From: Lama guanicoe | Taxonomy: Eukaryota | Assembly: GCA_013239625.1 (NCBI GenBank) | Contig: MU053758.1 | Location: 2,232,001-2,296,000, forward strand | Length of the DNA stretch: 64,000 nucleotides | Reading direction: 5' to 3' | Shown here: piece after piece, positions 40,913 to 52,216 of the stretch | Position numbering within the stretch: the stretch's first letter is position 1 | Layout: each line of letters opens with the position of its first letter | Position numbers and translations under genes: made by a program | Notes under the pieces: model-generated | Database searches by the model: none | Seen by the model: only the letters and a program-made list of their open reading frames with translations | Told to the model about the DNA's origin: nothing

Positions 40913-43900
40913 CTAGTTGCCAATCAGGGCCACATCCATAAGATCATCATCTTCCTCCCCAATCATAAAGTCAGGGCTGAGCCTTGAGGGCCTGTCTGTA
41001 GATAAAATTGTGTTACTTGTCATAGACAAGGACTGGTCTGAAGAGATGGGTGATTTAGACCAACTCTCTGGCTTGATGCTATGAGATTTTTTCTTGTCTC
41101 GGTCTTTGTCACGGTCCCGATCCCTATCTTTGTCTTTTACTTTCTTCTTTTCTTTTTTGTGCTTCTTATGCTTCTCTGTGCTGTATTCTGGAAGAGGTCG
41201 GATGCCATCATCTGAGCTGGGACTGTTCTGATAAGACTTCTCTGCTATGGAGGAGCCTGACTCACTTTCACTGTCCAGATTCTGGGGGGTGTATGCTGGT
41301 GACTTACTGTGGCTGGGGGAGCCACGCTCATGCTTTGGAGTGGAACCACTGATGAGTGGAGAGCCATAGTTTTTGGAAGAGGCCATCTGAGGCCTGAGCC
41401 CTTCTCCACTACTTTCCCCAGGTTTCTGCAAAGTCACTTTGGCTTTAATGCTGGGGGATCCCCCATCGTGCTTGCTGATGATAATTTTTGCCACACCTGT
41501 GCTCCCCACATTTTTTGACTCTGAGGTCTTCTTAGATGAATCCACTGAGCCCCCCGAGGTGGAAACTTTTGATTTGTCTTTATCACTTTTCTCACGCTTG
41601 CCCTGGAACTCTCCTCCTGACATGTTATGTTTGGAGGATATAGGATGGCTAGAAGAATTTGTGCTCACCCCCATTTGGCCATCCATTGGGTCTTCACCCC
41701 CAGGACCACTGGTGACAACCCCATGCTTCAGTTTATCTATGACAGCTGTTAAAGACGGCTTCTTATTCCTGCTGGGAGATTTCCCTTTGGAACTCCCATG
41801 CTGGTTCTGAGAGGATGACATGGAAGAGCCACTTGAGGAAAAGGAAGAGGAAGATGATGTACAAGAGTTAGATGATGGAGGAGTTTTCTGAGACAGTGAG
41901 CCAGAGGATCCTAACCCTGAAGATGACTTCATGCCAGTGCCTGAACTAGTTCCAGACATATGAGAACCACCAGAACCTGAACTGATAGGGGACTTGGCTT
42001 TAGAAGATGGGGGAGTACCAGGAACAGGTTTCATTGGAGAGGCAAGCTTATCAGAGCCTCCAGGTGGCCTTGAATGGGAAGGGGATATGTTTGGCTTACT
42101 TAAAGAAGGATTCATAAGTGATGATGGCTTCCCTTGAGGTTTCATCTTGGTGCCGCTGGAGCCACTGCTCAGTCCATGCTTGGTAACAGGAGAGGAGCCT
42201 GGCTTTCCCCCAGACTGGGATGAATTTTTGGACTGGCTAGATCCAGAAGACCCCTGGCTAGAATATATACTGCTACTTAACTTGGAACTTGATGAACCTT
42301 CTGATTTACTGCTTTTCATCTTGCCTGAGTTGGAAGCAGAAGATGAGGAAGAATGGCTATGGTGGCTTTTACTTCCCGAGGAAGACACAGAACCACTGCT
42401 GGTATACTGACTGTGAGAGGAGGGCTTGCCCACCATCACAGTTCCCTTAGGAATCTGAATAGTGATTTTAGGAATGGGTGGAGTGGCAACACCTGGGGGA
42501 GTCTGAGATCGTCCTGAACTGCCTGGAGATTTGGATCCACCTGTACTAGTAGGTGGGGTGAAAGGTCGGTTAGAAGAACTGTGAGATGGAGACTTTCCCT
42601 CAGTGTCTGCCTTCTTCCTCTTTGGAGGCTTATCTTTGCTTTTGCCATCATTAGAAGGGGTCCGACTGCGTTTCCCTGGTTTGCTGTCTAATCCTGGCCC
42701 TGACAAACTACTATTACTGGTGCCATTGCCTTCCTTCACTCTCTTTTGAGTCTTTTCTTTCCCTATGTCCCCAGTGGTCAATAAAGGACTCTGGCTACCA
42801 CTGTGATGCTCCATAAGATCTGCAGGACCCAAAGCCTTACCAGCCACTGCTATAATACTGAAATCAACTGTGTCAGCTTGGCTGTTGCCTTTAAACTTAG
42901 TCTCCCCGTTATCACCTCCAAGCATTGGCACCCCCAAAGTATTTAGTGCCTGAGAAGCAAATCCTTTGAAATCATCATTATCTCCACTTTGGCTGCTTTC
43001 ATCAAAATATTCTTCTCCAAAACCACTTTGGCTCTGGCTGTTCAACAAATCAGGATTGAAATCTACTCCATCAGGAAAGAAATGATTAGTAGGAGAGTCA
43101 CTACTGGGGCTTCCAGCAGCATCTGCAATAAGGTCAGCTGGATCAGTGTATGGATTTTCATTATTATTGGTTTGAAAGACATCAGGGTCAAAGAGGGCAC
43201 TCTGAGAATGCCCAGAGCTTGAAGAATCTCGAACAGGGGTGCCAATGGGTGGACAGTCATCACTAGTGCTGGGAAGCTTAGAAGCTTCTTCTGCAATGTC
43301 TGAAAGGATATCAGTTACATCTGGGCCAATGCTGTCTGAGCTGGACAGTCGGACCATCCTTTGAATACTGGGTTGGGGGTGAGGTACTGGTTGTGGGTAA
43401 GTTGTTGGGGGAGTGCTACACTGGCTTGGAGCTGGAGTGATGTGTGGCGTATCCAGCGTGTCAGCTGTCATGTTGACATCAAAGATAGGGTTCTGTGAGT
43501 CAACATCCATTGAAAATAGCTCCCTCTGAAAGTCATCTTCAGTCTGGTGCTTGGGTTTGTCAGGTGGTAATCTTGAAGACTTCTTCTTCTTTGTCTTGTT
43601 GCTTCCCGAGCACATTTCCATCCGGGGTGAGCCGGAAGAGGAGTTCTGCCTTTCTAAAGGGCTGCTTCCATAAAGGGTTGAGAAATCCTGGGCAGGGTTA
43701 TCTTTAAGAAGGTTCATGAGCATCGGGTGGTTCTTGGTGTTGCCGGCCATCGAAGAGACAGGTGGCGGCGTGTGATGAGGAGGGGTCGGACTCGAGCCAA
43801 TGGTAGACCCCCCGTTCCCTGTGATTTGCAACAAACTGGTAAGAATTGGGTTCTGAGACACCTTGCTGAAGTCCTCCCCATGGCCCACCGACTCATGCCG

Positions 43901-44153
43901 ATCTTTGATGCTCATGCTCATATTAAACAAGGTGGTAATGGGACCCCCCGGAAAGGTGTTGGTTGGTGTAGTGGTACCACTCATTGGGTTGTTGCCTGTG
44001 GTCATGCCATACCCTGGGCTGCTAGCCGGGGGCAGGTTCTTTTTCACCATGTCTTCAACTGTCTCTGCAATGAGGGACAGTGCTGGGGTGTCGGCCTGAA
44101 TGGTTTCAGCTTTCCTCCGAATAGCCCTCATCGTCACAGGGATGGACATACAT
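40913..44153 (-). CDS. MED1: MED1 exon 17 coding part: NR boxes LTSLL (43829-43843) and LMNLL (43706-43720), Ser-rich IDR, basic/acidic KDRD block, C-terminus DVALIGN*
   Basis: 1078-aa ORF in the track recognisable as the MED1 C-terminal region; TTACAG| acceptor; spliced CDS total 1499+3241=4740 nt = 1579 aa plus stop. Confidence 0.98.
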
Positions 44154-44640
44154 CTGTAAAATAAGAAAGAAAAACATTAGTTAACATTGTACTAGCTGCT
44201 AAATGAAACCAATTTTTCATTTGGGAAAACAGGCTTTAATTTTGCCTGAGACTTAGATATGCAAAAAAGTTTGCAGTAAGCAGTTTTTAGGTAAGGCAAG
44301 TAACCCAAAAGGCAGAAGCAGTTCAAATGCCACCAAAAACAAATCAACCATTAACAAGAGTCCAAATAATCAGATATCATGCTGAACTAAAATAAAAATG
44401 GTAATAATGAACCCATAAGAAAATGCCCTCCTTTCTGGGGCTTCACATGTGAGTAATGGGATATATGACTTATCTTAACTGATGAAAAATCTCTTGATCC
44501 ATCAAGTTCTAAACTTTAATGGCTGAGATCACCCCAAAGCTATACTGTGAAGGGAATCTTTTTTATTTTAAAGCAAAGCACTTTTTATGTTATACATACA
44601 TTTATATTTATAAACATGTTTGAAAACATTTTTCTCTAGA

Positions 44641-44818
44641 ACATGTCAGCAACCTTTCTTAAAGGGCCAGATAGTAATATTTTAGACTTTTGAAGATCAT
44701 ATGATTTCTGTCCAACTACTCTGCCATATGCACTCAAAAGCTGCCAGACAATATGGAAATGAACAGGCATGGCTGTGTTCCAATAAAATTTATTTACTAA
44801 ACAGACCACTGATACCTG
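44641..44818 (+). mobile_element. MER58A-like hAT-Charlie MITE in MED1 intron 16
   Basis: aaagggccagatagtaatattttag...ggctgtgttccaataaaatttattta; ctctaga on both flanks. Confidence 0.75.
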
Positions 44819-45208
44819 CTCTAGAAAAATCTCAAAATTACATATTAATGTTTCTAGGAAGCTGACCTATTAAGTATCTTCCCACATACTGCCATTTGAC
44901 ATGTTACATATGTTAAAAAATGACAACAGAGGAAAAGTGAGTAAAAAGATCTACATCTTATTTCAGCTGTCTCCCTCATAAAAAAACGCTAATGTTAGGC
45001 CTGAAGTTACCTACCTTACTGCCTATTAGCCTTATAATGATATTTATAAAACCAAAACTCCTATTACTTTTGCATCCAAAAGCAGAGAAGGGTGAATTTA
45101 AAGCAGTGACTAAATGCTTTCCTCCTAAGTTTCCAATTCACTAATACTAAAGACAACATTCCTTATACACCTTTTAATGGGACTCTGTTGGAAAAGGGCC
45201 AGTGCTAC

Positions 45209-45314
45209 CTTTGAACAACTTTGGCAATGAAGTCATCTGTGCAAATGAGTGCATCTGACAGCCCCTTGTACAGTTTACAGCTCACATGTGTTGAGTCCTG
45301 TACATCCATTACCA
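45209..45314 (-). CDS. MED1: MED1 exon 16 (VVMDVQDSTHVSCKLYKGLSDALICTDDFIAKVVQR)
   Basis: 106 nt, TTTCAG| acceptor, |GTAGCA donor. Confidence 0.95.
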
Positions 45315-45440
45315 CTGAAAGACAAAATATATAGGAGGTATTTAAGATAGTTTCAGCTTTAACTTCTGACTTAAAAATAAAAAAGATAAAGGGACCAAAC
45401 TGCTGCCCTAAGAGAAGTGCTAGCCACCCATTTAACTCAC

Positions 45441-45536
45441 CACACACCAGGGAGTCATTCACGGGGTGCTGAAAAGATACGCTGAAACGGGACTCTGAGA
45501 GGGGACACACTTCAAATTGGAGGAGCCCAGGAGAAT
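45441..45536 (-). CDS. MED1: MED1 exon 15 (DSPGLLQFEVCPLSESRFSVSFQHPVNDSLVC)
   Basis: 96 nt, TTTTAG| acceptor, |GTGAGT donor; visible in ORF 45205..45594. Confidence 0.95.
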
Positions 45537-46904
45537 CTAAAAGGCAAAGAAAAGGATCAACCAAATCATCAACCAAATATAAGACTTGAGACATGTAAAT
45601 AGGAATCCCTAATTATGAAATTCTTTCTCTCCTTCAATGGAAACTAAATCCCACACATATGTTAAATAAACAAAACCTACTGTATCATCCACAAGTGACC
45701 AAAGGAATCAGATTCCAAGGAATGTGCCAGTTTATGTTATAAATACTCCAAAACAATGAAGTAACTAAACTTCAGGGGTTTTTTTAATGATAGCATTTAA
45801 CCTCTAAATTGATAAAGTCCTTGGCAGATACAAACACCCTGCCTTGACAGTGAATTCTGAAGATAAATGTGGCCAAGAGGAGGTTCTCTTTCTGTTGATA
45901 AGCAGGTATCACAACCACTGCCATAAACCCTACTTTCTATCAGTGTTTGCAGCTGTTAGCCATACAGTCCGTAGTCTGATAGAGGGGCTACAATGTAAAA
46001 TGATATATTTATGCCAAATACACATAAATGTAAATGTCATCATCAGTTCCGAAGTCAAACAGGCTGGCAGCTCAGAGACAAACATCATATACTTTCTTAG
46101 GAAGAGAGCAAGCATCTCTGTAGGAATAACTTCATAACTGTTTTACAAAAACTCATTTTTAAATGCCCTCAAGCTATTTGGAGAATTCTCCTAGGATTTA
46201 AATACATGAAATAGAAGGGCCATAAGCATACTTTCATATGCTCTGTGTTATTACTCCAACTTTCCACAATGTCTCACTTCTAAAGCAATTCTTATTCCCA
46301 TAAAAGACCACTCCTGATTTACCTTCCCTATTTCTTGTCTACCTTCCCTTCCTTCTGGTCTACCATTTGCACTGATAACATCTCTATCACTGAAGTGCTT
46401 TACAACTAAAGTAAAATATTAACCATGGTTAACTAGAGCAGCCAAAATTCACACTGAGGTTTCTAACAGCAAACTGTTTGAAAAACAGCAGCATTCCAGA
46501 ATCCTGGGAGAAAAGGAAAAAGGCAGACGTCTCATCCCTTTTTAAGCTATATTATTTCTCCAAAGAATGGGGAGGAAATATACTCAGAACTAAAAGCTGG
46601 GAAACACTGTCCTAACAACCTAAAATGTAGATATCAAGAAATCCTCTCTTCCTATAGAATCCCAAATTCTACTTTATGTATCTGCTGCAAGGTTCAGGCT
46701 CTTAGGTACCCAATTATATCACTACATGCAGAAAAAGACTAAGTCCACTGCAGGAAAAAAACAAACAAAAAACCACAGTGGTTTCCAAATGTCAATTTAC
46801 AGATTGGGTCTATCAAAATTATTTGTAGAGCTTAAACTAGATTCCCAACTCCTCCCACAGTTTCTAACTCAGTTCATTTGAGTATGGAAACCAAGTATCT
46901 GTAT

Positions 46905-47057
46905 GTATGTATGTATGTATGTATGTATGTATGTATGTATGTATTTATAGGGGGGTAGGTTTACTTATTTATTTATTTTTAGAGGCAGTATCAGGGATTG
47001 AACCTAGGACCTCGTGCATGCTAAGCATGCGCTCTACCATCAAGCTGTACCTCCCCG
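46905..47057 (-). mobile_element. tRNA-Ala-derived SINE with (CATA)n tail, MED1 intron 14
   Basis: Reverse-complement SINE head; TSD ccaagtatctgtat (46891-46904) / ccaagtagctgtat (47058-47071). Confidence 0.9.
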
Positions 47058-47167
47058 CCAAGTAGCTGTATTTTAAAGCAGCACAGGTGATATGATGGGC
47101 CACCAAATCAGAGAATTACTAATCAGTTTCCAGTTGCCAGTAAGTATACCAAAAGGAAAGGTAGTAC

Positions 47168-47369
47168 CTTCTTTCAGAATAGTTCTTTTGACACAGCTTC
47201 CAATTAGGGTGTTATAGGCCACTTGGTGTCTGATCAGATTCAGGATAAGAGGAACTCGGCCAGGGTGCTGAAAGGTGATTTTGCTAACGAGGGTTCCCTG
47301 TAGACTTCTGCCATCTGGGAGAGGAGCATCCTTGTTGAGGAAATAGCAGTGCTGCTGACCTGGGAGAGC
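47168..47369 (-). CDS. MED1: MED1 exon 14 (ALPGQQHCYFLNKDAPLPDGRSLQGTLVSKITFQHPGRVPLILNLIRHQVAYNTLIGSCVKRTILKE)
   Basis: 202 nt, CCTAG| acceptor, |GTACTA donor. Confidence 0.95.
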
Positions 47370-48150
47370 CTAGGCAAAAAGAACAAAGGAAACAAAGAGT
47401 ATTTACTCACCCACTGTACTCTAACCACAAACAATCATGGGGGGTCAGGGGGAGAACCTACTCCTCAAAAGTCAGCAATTTCTTGGTGAATAATAAAACT
47501 CCACAGTGAATTCTTTGGTCATCTGATGTTAAATGCCAATTACTCATTTGGCTGAAAAGACCCCTTTTTTGTAAATGTTCTGCTAGTGGTTTCCTAACCT
47601 AGCTAACATAAAAATTACCTCAGAAATCTGCATAAAGGAGTTTCCTGAACCATAAGTGCAAAATCTGTATTTTTAATAAAACACCCTATTATAGTTATAA
47701 TGGAGCCAGAATTTCGGTACTAATTTAGTAGACTACTGTCAAACAGCCAAATAAATTCAAGTCAAGATGTGGTTCTGAAACCTTCCTTAACTTACTCATT
47801 CCAGCATTTTCTTCTTTGTAAGTACTTTCCAGATTATAAACTCATGGCGCTTGAAAGAATTTAACAACAAGAATTCTTAACACCTACTTATAAGCTTATA
47901 AAAGTTCAGAACACCATTAAGAGACTTTCACCTGAAATTTCAACAATGAAATGTACATTGTGTCCTGACTTTGGAATTTCGTTCTCTTTCTTCTGTATGT
48001 TTCAGAGATTTCCATAATTTCCTATCTGACTAAGGAAACAGGGTATGATCCAGCAGTCCAAAAGAATGTCACCTGACCTCAGTAATCCTATAAAGGAAGA
48101 TTCTGATCTGGAGTCCAAACATAATCAATAATCCACAGGGCCTTACTTAC

Positions 48151-48269
48151 AGCATAAAATCGCATGTTGTGATTCAAAGGTATGGGGTCAGGATCCTTTG
48201 ACAGTTCAAATTGAGTGATCAGTTCATAGAGAGGTACATAAGTTGGCTGGGTTTCAAACAATGGAATTC
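48151..48269 (-). CDS. MED1: MED1 exon 13 (IPLFETQPTYVPLYELITQFELSKDPDPIPLNHNMRFYA)
   Basis: 119 nt, TTCCAG| acceptor, |GTAAGT donor; visible in ORF 48088..48300. Confidence 0.95.
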
Positions 48270-48530
48270 CTGGAAAAACAAAGATCAATATGATGATCAC
48301 AGTAAGAGCAAAACATTGACGCTCAGTTTTCCCTTCATGACTTCTACTTCATTCATCCATTTATTCAAAAAGTACTTATTAAGCATTTACTAGTACAAAG
48401 CGCCACGACATCTATACCCACCAGTACTTTTCTGAGGCCTGCAAGACTCAAAGAGGTCTAAGATAATCTGAATTTGAAGTTTGCTTTTCACTTTTATAAC
48501 AATTATTAGTTCCTGATGCTTAAAACTCAC

Positions 48531-48655
48531 CTGTGCAGTTCTGAAGTTTCTGAACAAATGCTCTAGATACTGGGATTGGCTGGGGAAATTTCAAGAAGAA
48601 ACAGGCAGGAAGATCAACACTGTTGGCACTGGTGATTGAGGAGAAGGAGGGAGTC
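48531..48655 (-). CDS. MED1: MED1 exon 12 (TPSFSSITSANSVDLPACFFLKFPQPIPVSRAFVQKLQNCTG)
   Basis: 125 nt, TTTTTCAAG| acceptor, |GTGAGT donor; visible in ORF 48520..48717. Confidence 0.95.
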
Positions 48656-49153
48656 CTTGAAAAAAAGAGTAGAGGATTGGGATTTTGAATTGATGTGAAA
48701 ATAAAAAATCTGTACACCTATGCTCTGTATCATATAAACACATACTCACAAAGGCTATCAAAAGCACACACATTGAACTTTCTTCCTCCAATTCCAAAAT
48801 ATCCTATTTGTTAACAATACAGTACAGTATTTTATCAAACAAATATCCTGAGGGATGTTCTCTAGTAATTACTCTAGCATAACTCTAAATCAACATAAAG
48901 TTCCATAAGAAAATCCCACAGAGCAATCATTAAGCCAGCAGAATCAGCACAGTTCTCTTCTTTCTCTCTTAGAATAAGAATGTGTTCCATGAGCTGACTT
49001 CAAAGTGGAACATTCAGATACTGAAAAGAGAAATTAAATGAACAAAACAAAAAGCCCATCTCTAGAAACTCAATTGGGGGAAGAGCCAAGTGAAAGTAAG
49101 AACTTAAAGTTGAAAAAACGGACTTTGCTACCCTAGAATTATATTTAATTTAC

Positions 49154-49265
49154 CATTTGTTGTCAACTGGATGTGACCCCATAATTAATGGTGCAATTGG
49201 GAGTTTATACATAGCAGATGTTCCTTCAATTGTCACTGATGCATTCATGCCCAAAGATCGAGGAA
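49154..49265 (-). CDS. MED1: MED1 exon 11 (VPRSLGMNASVTIEGTSAMYKLPIAPLIMGSHPVDNKW)
   Basis: 112 nt, strong pyrimidine tract CCCAG|, |GTAAAT donor. Confidence 0.95.
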
Positions 49266-49558
49266 CTGGGAAAAGGAAAGAAAAAAGATAACACAAATAA
49301 TAAGAATCTTAACATTAAAAAACAATACAAAACAAAAAAGCTAACTTCTGCATAATCTGTCCATCCTCATTTGTCAGATACTATAATACCTGCATAACTT
49401 AGAAATGCCAGAAGTTACCTTTCTAACCAACCAATATTTTTCTCTGTCAGTAAATAAAATACAGGAAGTAAAGCAGTCCAAGGAAAAAAACATGTAAAGG
49501 CTCATTACCAATATTTACTTATTTTCTCCAACTTCAGAATGCATTTAAATAGAATTAT

Positions 49559-49696
49559 GGGGGGAGGGTATAGCTCAAGTGGTAGAGCACATGCTTAGCA
49601 TGCATGAGGTCCTGGGTTCAATCCTCAGTATCTCCTCTAAAAATAAATAAATAAATAGGCCTAATTATCTTACTCCCCCCCAAAAATAAATAAATA
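49559..49696 (+). mobile_element. tRNA-Ala-derived SINE, MED1 intron 10
   Basis: Canonical head; aaatagaatta TSD. Confidence 0.9.
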
Positions 49697-50170
49697 AATA
49701 GAATTACGATTATAGGATAGTCAACGATTGAAGTTACAAGGAGACCAAATGAGGTATTAGGCCATTTCTCATTATGTTCTAGCATATTAAAGTGCAAATT
49801 CAAACTAACATCCTTTAAATTCTTTAGTAAGTTGGCTAATTTCTTTATCTTTAAAAGTAATGATTAATGGAGACCATTTCAAGTCAGATGGTTAACATCT
49901 TTTCATTCATTCATTTATTCAAAAGGACTTACAAAGTTTTTATTATTACGTATGTATGTGTATATACATACACATATGTATATACATACAGGTGTGTGTG
50001 TGTATATATCAGATGCAACTCTGGTAGAAATAGAAAAATCTCGTAGAGATGGAAAATTTATTTGGGACTGGCAAACGAGAAGGTATGGGCAGGCCCAGGC
50101 ATTCAAATTTTTAAAAATATTTTTAAAATACTGAGCAAAAGCTTCACTTGCTTTACAGTTAAACTCTTAC

Positions 50171-50260
50171 CATTATTCTCATGCAAAATGATAGGGGATG
50201 TAGTCTTATCATCCAGCAGGTCAGAAGGAGAGGCGTAATACTTCAAGTTCATTAAATGAC
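50171..50260 (-). CDS. MED1: MED1 exon 10 (HLMNLKYYASPSDLLDDKTTSPIILHENN)
   Basis: 90 nt, TTTTTCATAG| acceptor, |GTAAGA donor. Confidence 0.95.
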
Positions 50261-50611
50261 CTATGAAAAATAAAACTAATGACTACATCTTTATCAGATA
50301 AATTATAAACGAAGTAAAATATTCTCATTCATATAAACCTATATACAATAAAATAGTTTCATATATGAGGACACATGATCCACAGCAGTTTATGAAAAAC
50401 AACAGAAGCATAAGTATTGATTCTAGCAGCAACAATTTACCTCACAATTTAAAAAATAAAATTGGGGTAGGGCAGGTGTTGGCATCTTAGAAATCATTAA
50501 AAAGACACAAATGACTGGTAATCTCCCTCTTATAAATCCAAGGTGAAATTTTAAGTAATAACTCAACTAAAAGTAGACATTTTTCTAAAGAAGCAAAATA
50601 GGATCACATAC

Positions 50612-50685
50612 CCCCACTTCGTGGAGTGAGATAGCCAACACTTCCATGAAGAATCTTATCCAAGGGACCAGCATTGGTTGCTTTC
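50612..50685 (-). CDS. MED1: MED1 exon 9 (KATNAGPLDKILHGSVGYLTPRSGG)
   Basis: 74 nt, TTGCAG| acceptor, |GTATGT donor. Confidence 0.95.
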
Positions 50686-51188
50686 CTGCAAGACAAATGA
50701 TCTATGTTTGCTTGTATTTAAGCCTTGAAGGTATTCGTGCACCATGTGATAATGAGTTCAGTTCTTAAACATGTAATTCTATCCTACTGTTTCTGTCTGT
50801 GGGACAACTGTAATTCACCTTTAACAATTGTACTTCATCTTTAAAGTGAAGGGATTATTTCCAAGTATACTCCAGTATGTAATAAGGTGAACAAAAAATA
50901 CAACTATACTATTATTTATCAGAAGGGAGGCCAGGTTTGATAAGTCTTTTGATAAAACCTATTAAACATCAACCAACAACTCAGGGATACTGATATTCAG
51001 AAAATGGAATGCAATTATTTGGGAAGTGAAAGGAGATGGCAAGATGTAAAACATAGGTAAAATATAGATGTATAGTAACATACACCTGTAACATATATTA
51101 AAAAAAATAGAAGCCTACTAATGCATAGACGAAAATAAAACTTGACCCCAGAAGGGTCAAATAAAAATGACACCTTAGCCAGTCTTAC

Positions 51189-51263
51189 CAATACATAACT
51201 GCCATTTTAGATAGGTCCTGTTCTAAGGATTGGAGAGCCAAGTACATTTTAGTCTTCAGTTTG
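51189..51263 (-). CDS. MED1: MED1 exon 8 (KLKTKMYLALQSLEQDLSKMAVMYW)
   Basis: 75 nt, CTCTAG| acceptor, |GTAAGA donor. Confidence 0.95.
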
Positions 51264-51307
51264 CTAGAGAGTAAATGAAGAAAACCAGAATTAAATAGTT
51301 GAAAAAT

Positions 51308-51308
<1 letters not shown>

Positions 51309-51334
<26 letters not shown>
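51309..51334 (+). repeat. (CA)13 microsatellite, MED1 intron 7
   Basis: Direct read. Confidence 0.95.
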
Positions 51335-51338
<4 letters not shown>

Positions 51339-51440
51339 CTGAAAGCGTAGAAAGCAAGTCTACATTGGAAGCAACCGAAATATTTACCAAAACAAAAAAC
51401 AAAACAAAAAAACCCTTTAAAATGGTTAGAAAAAAATCAA

Positions 51441-51530
51441 GGTGGGGAGGGTATAGCTCAGTGGTAGAGCGAGTTCTTAGCATACATGAGGTCCTGGGTT
51501 CAATCCCCAGTACCTCCATTAAAAAAAAAT
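51441..51530 (+). mobile_element. tRNA-Ala-derived SINE (short form), followed by a purine-rich tract ~51562-51660
   Basis: tRNA-like head directly followed by polyA. Confidence 0.85.
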
Positions 51531-51850
51531 TATTTTTAATGACATAAATTTAATTATCTTTTGAAAGAAAGAAAGAAGAAAGGGGAGGGGAGGGAAGGGA
51601 AGGAAACGAAAAGAAACAAAAAGAAACGGAAGAGAAAGGAAAAGGAAAGAAAAGAAGCCAAGCAGGTTAACAGAATCTCAGGTAGGTTAAAAATAAAAAT
51701 GAAAACCTGGTTCCATAACAACAAATTTCTTTCAGCCTTGAAATTAGTATGTTGAAGATATCTCAAGGATTATAATTTATCTTTAGCAATATAATCCAAT
51801 AATGCAGATATTATTTATTTAAAACACCTTTAAAAGACATTAAGCTCTAT

Positions 51851-51995
51851 GAGTGGGTATAGCTCAGTGGTAGAGTGCATGCTTAGCATGCACGAGGTCC
51901 TAGGTTCAATCCCCAGTACCTCTGTTAAAAAAAAAATTAAAAATAACATTGTAAATCAACTATACTTCAGTAAAGAAAAAAAGTTATAAAAAAAA
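51851..51995 (+). mobile_element. tRNA-Ala-derived SINE with L1-like 3' tail
   Basis: tRNA head followed by aacattgtaaatcaactatacttcagtaaag. Confidence 0.85.
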
Positions 51996-52144
51996 GAGTA
52001 AGTTGCAAGCTGAGCTACAGACTGTTAGTATGAGTTGAAATCACAAATGAGCTAGGGCAGAAGACTTGGTAAATTTCTAATCACAAAATGGTTTACAGAT
52101 TTATATTGATTTTTCCAACAAAAGCAAAAAATAAAAATACTTAC

Positions 52145-52216
52145 TTGTCCCCTGGAAGATTATAAAGATTAACAAGACCCTTAAGGTGCTTAGAAAATTC
52201 ATCAAAATTTTTTTCC
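52145..52216 (-). CDS. MED1: MED1 exon 7 (EKNFDEFSKHLKGLVNLYNLPGDN)
   Basis: 72 nt, TAG| acceptor, |GTAAGT donor. Confidence 0.95.

Noticed and set aside
41309..44164. Plus-strand and alternate-frame ORFs overlapping MED1 exon 17
   Set aside because: Shadow ORFs of a long Ser-rich coding exon with no independent gene signals
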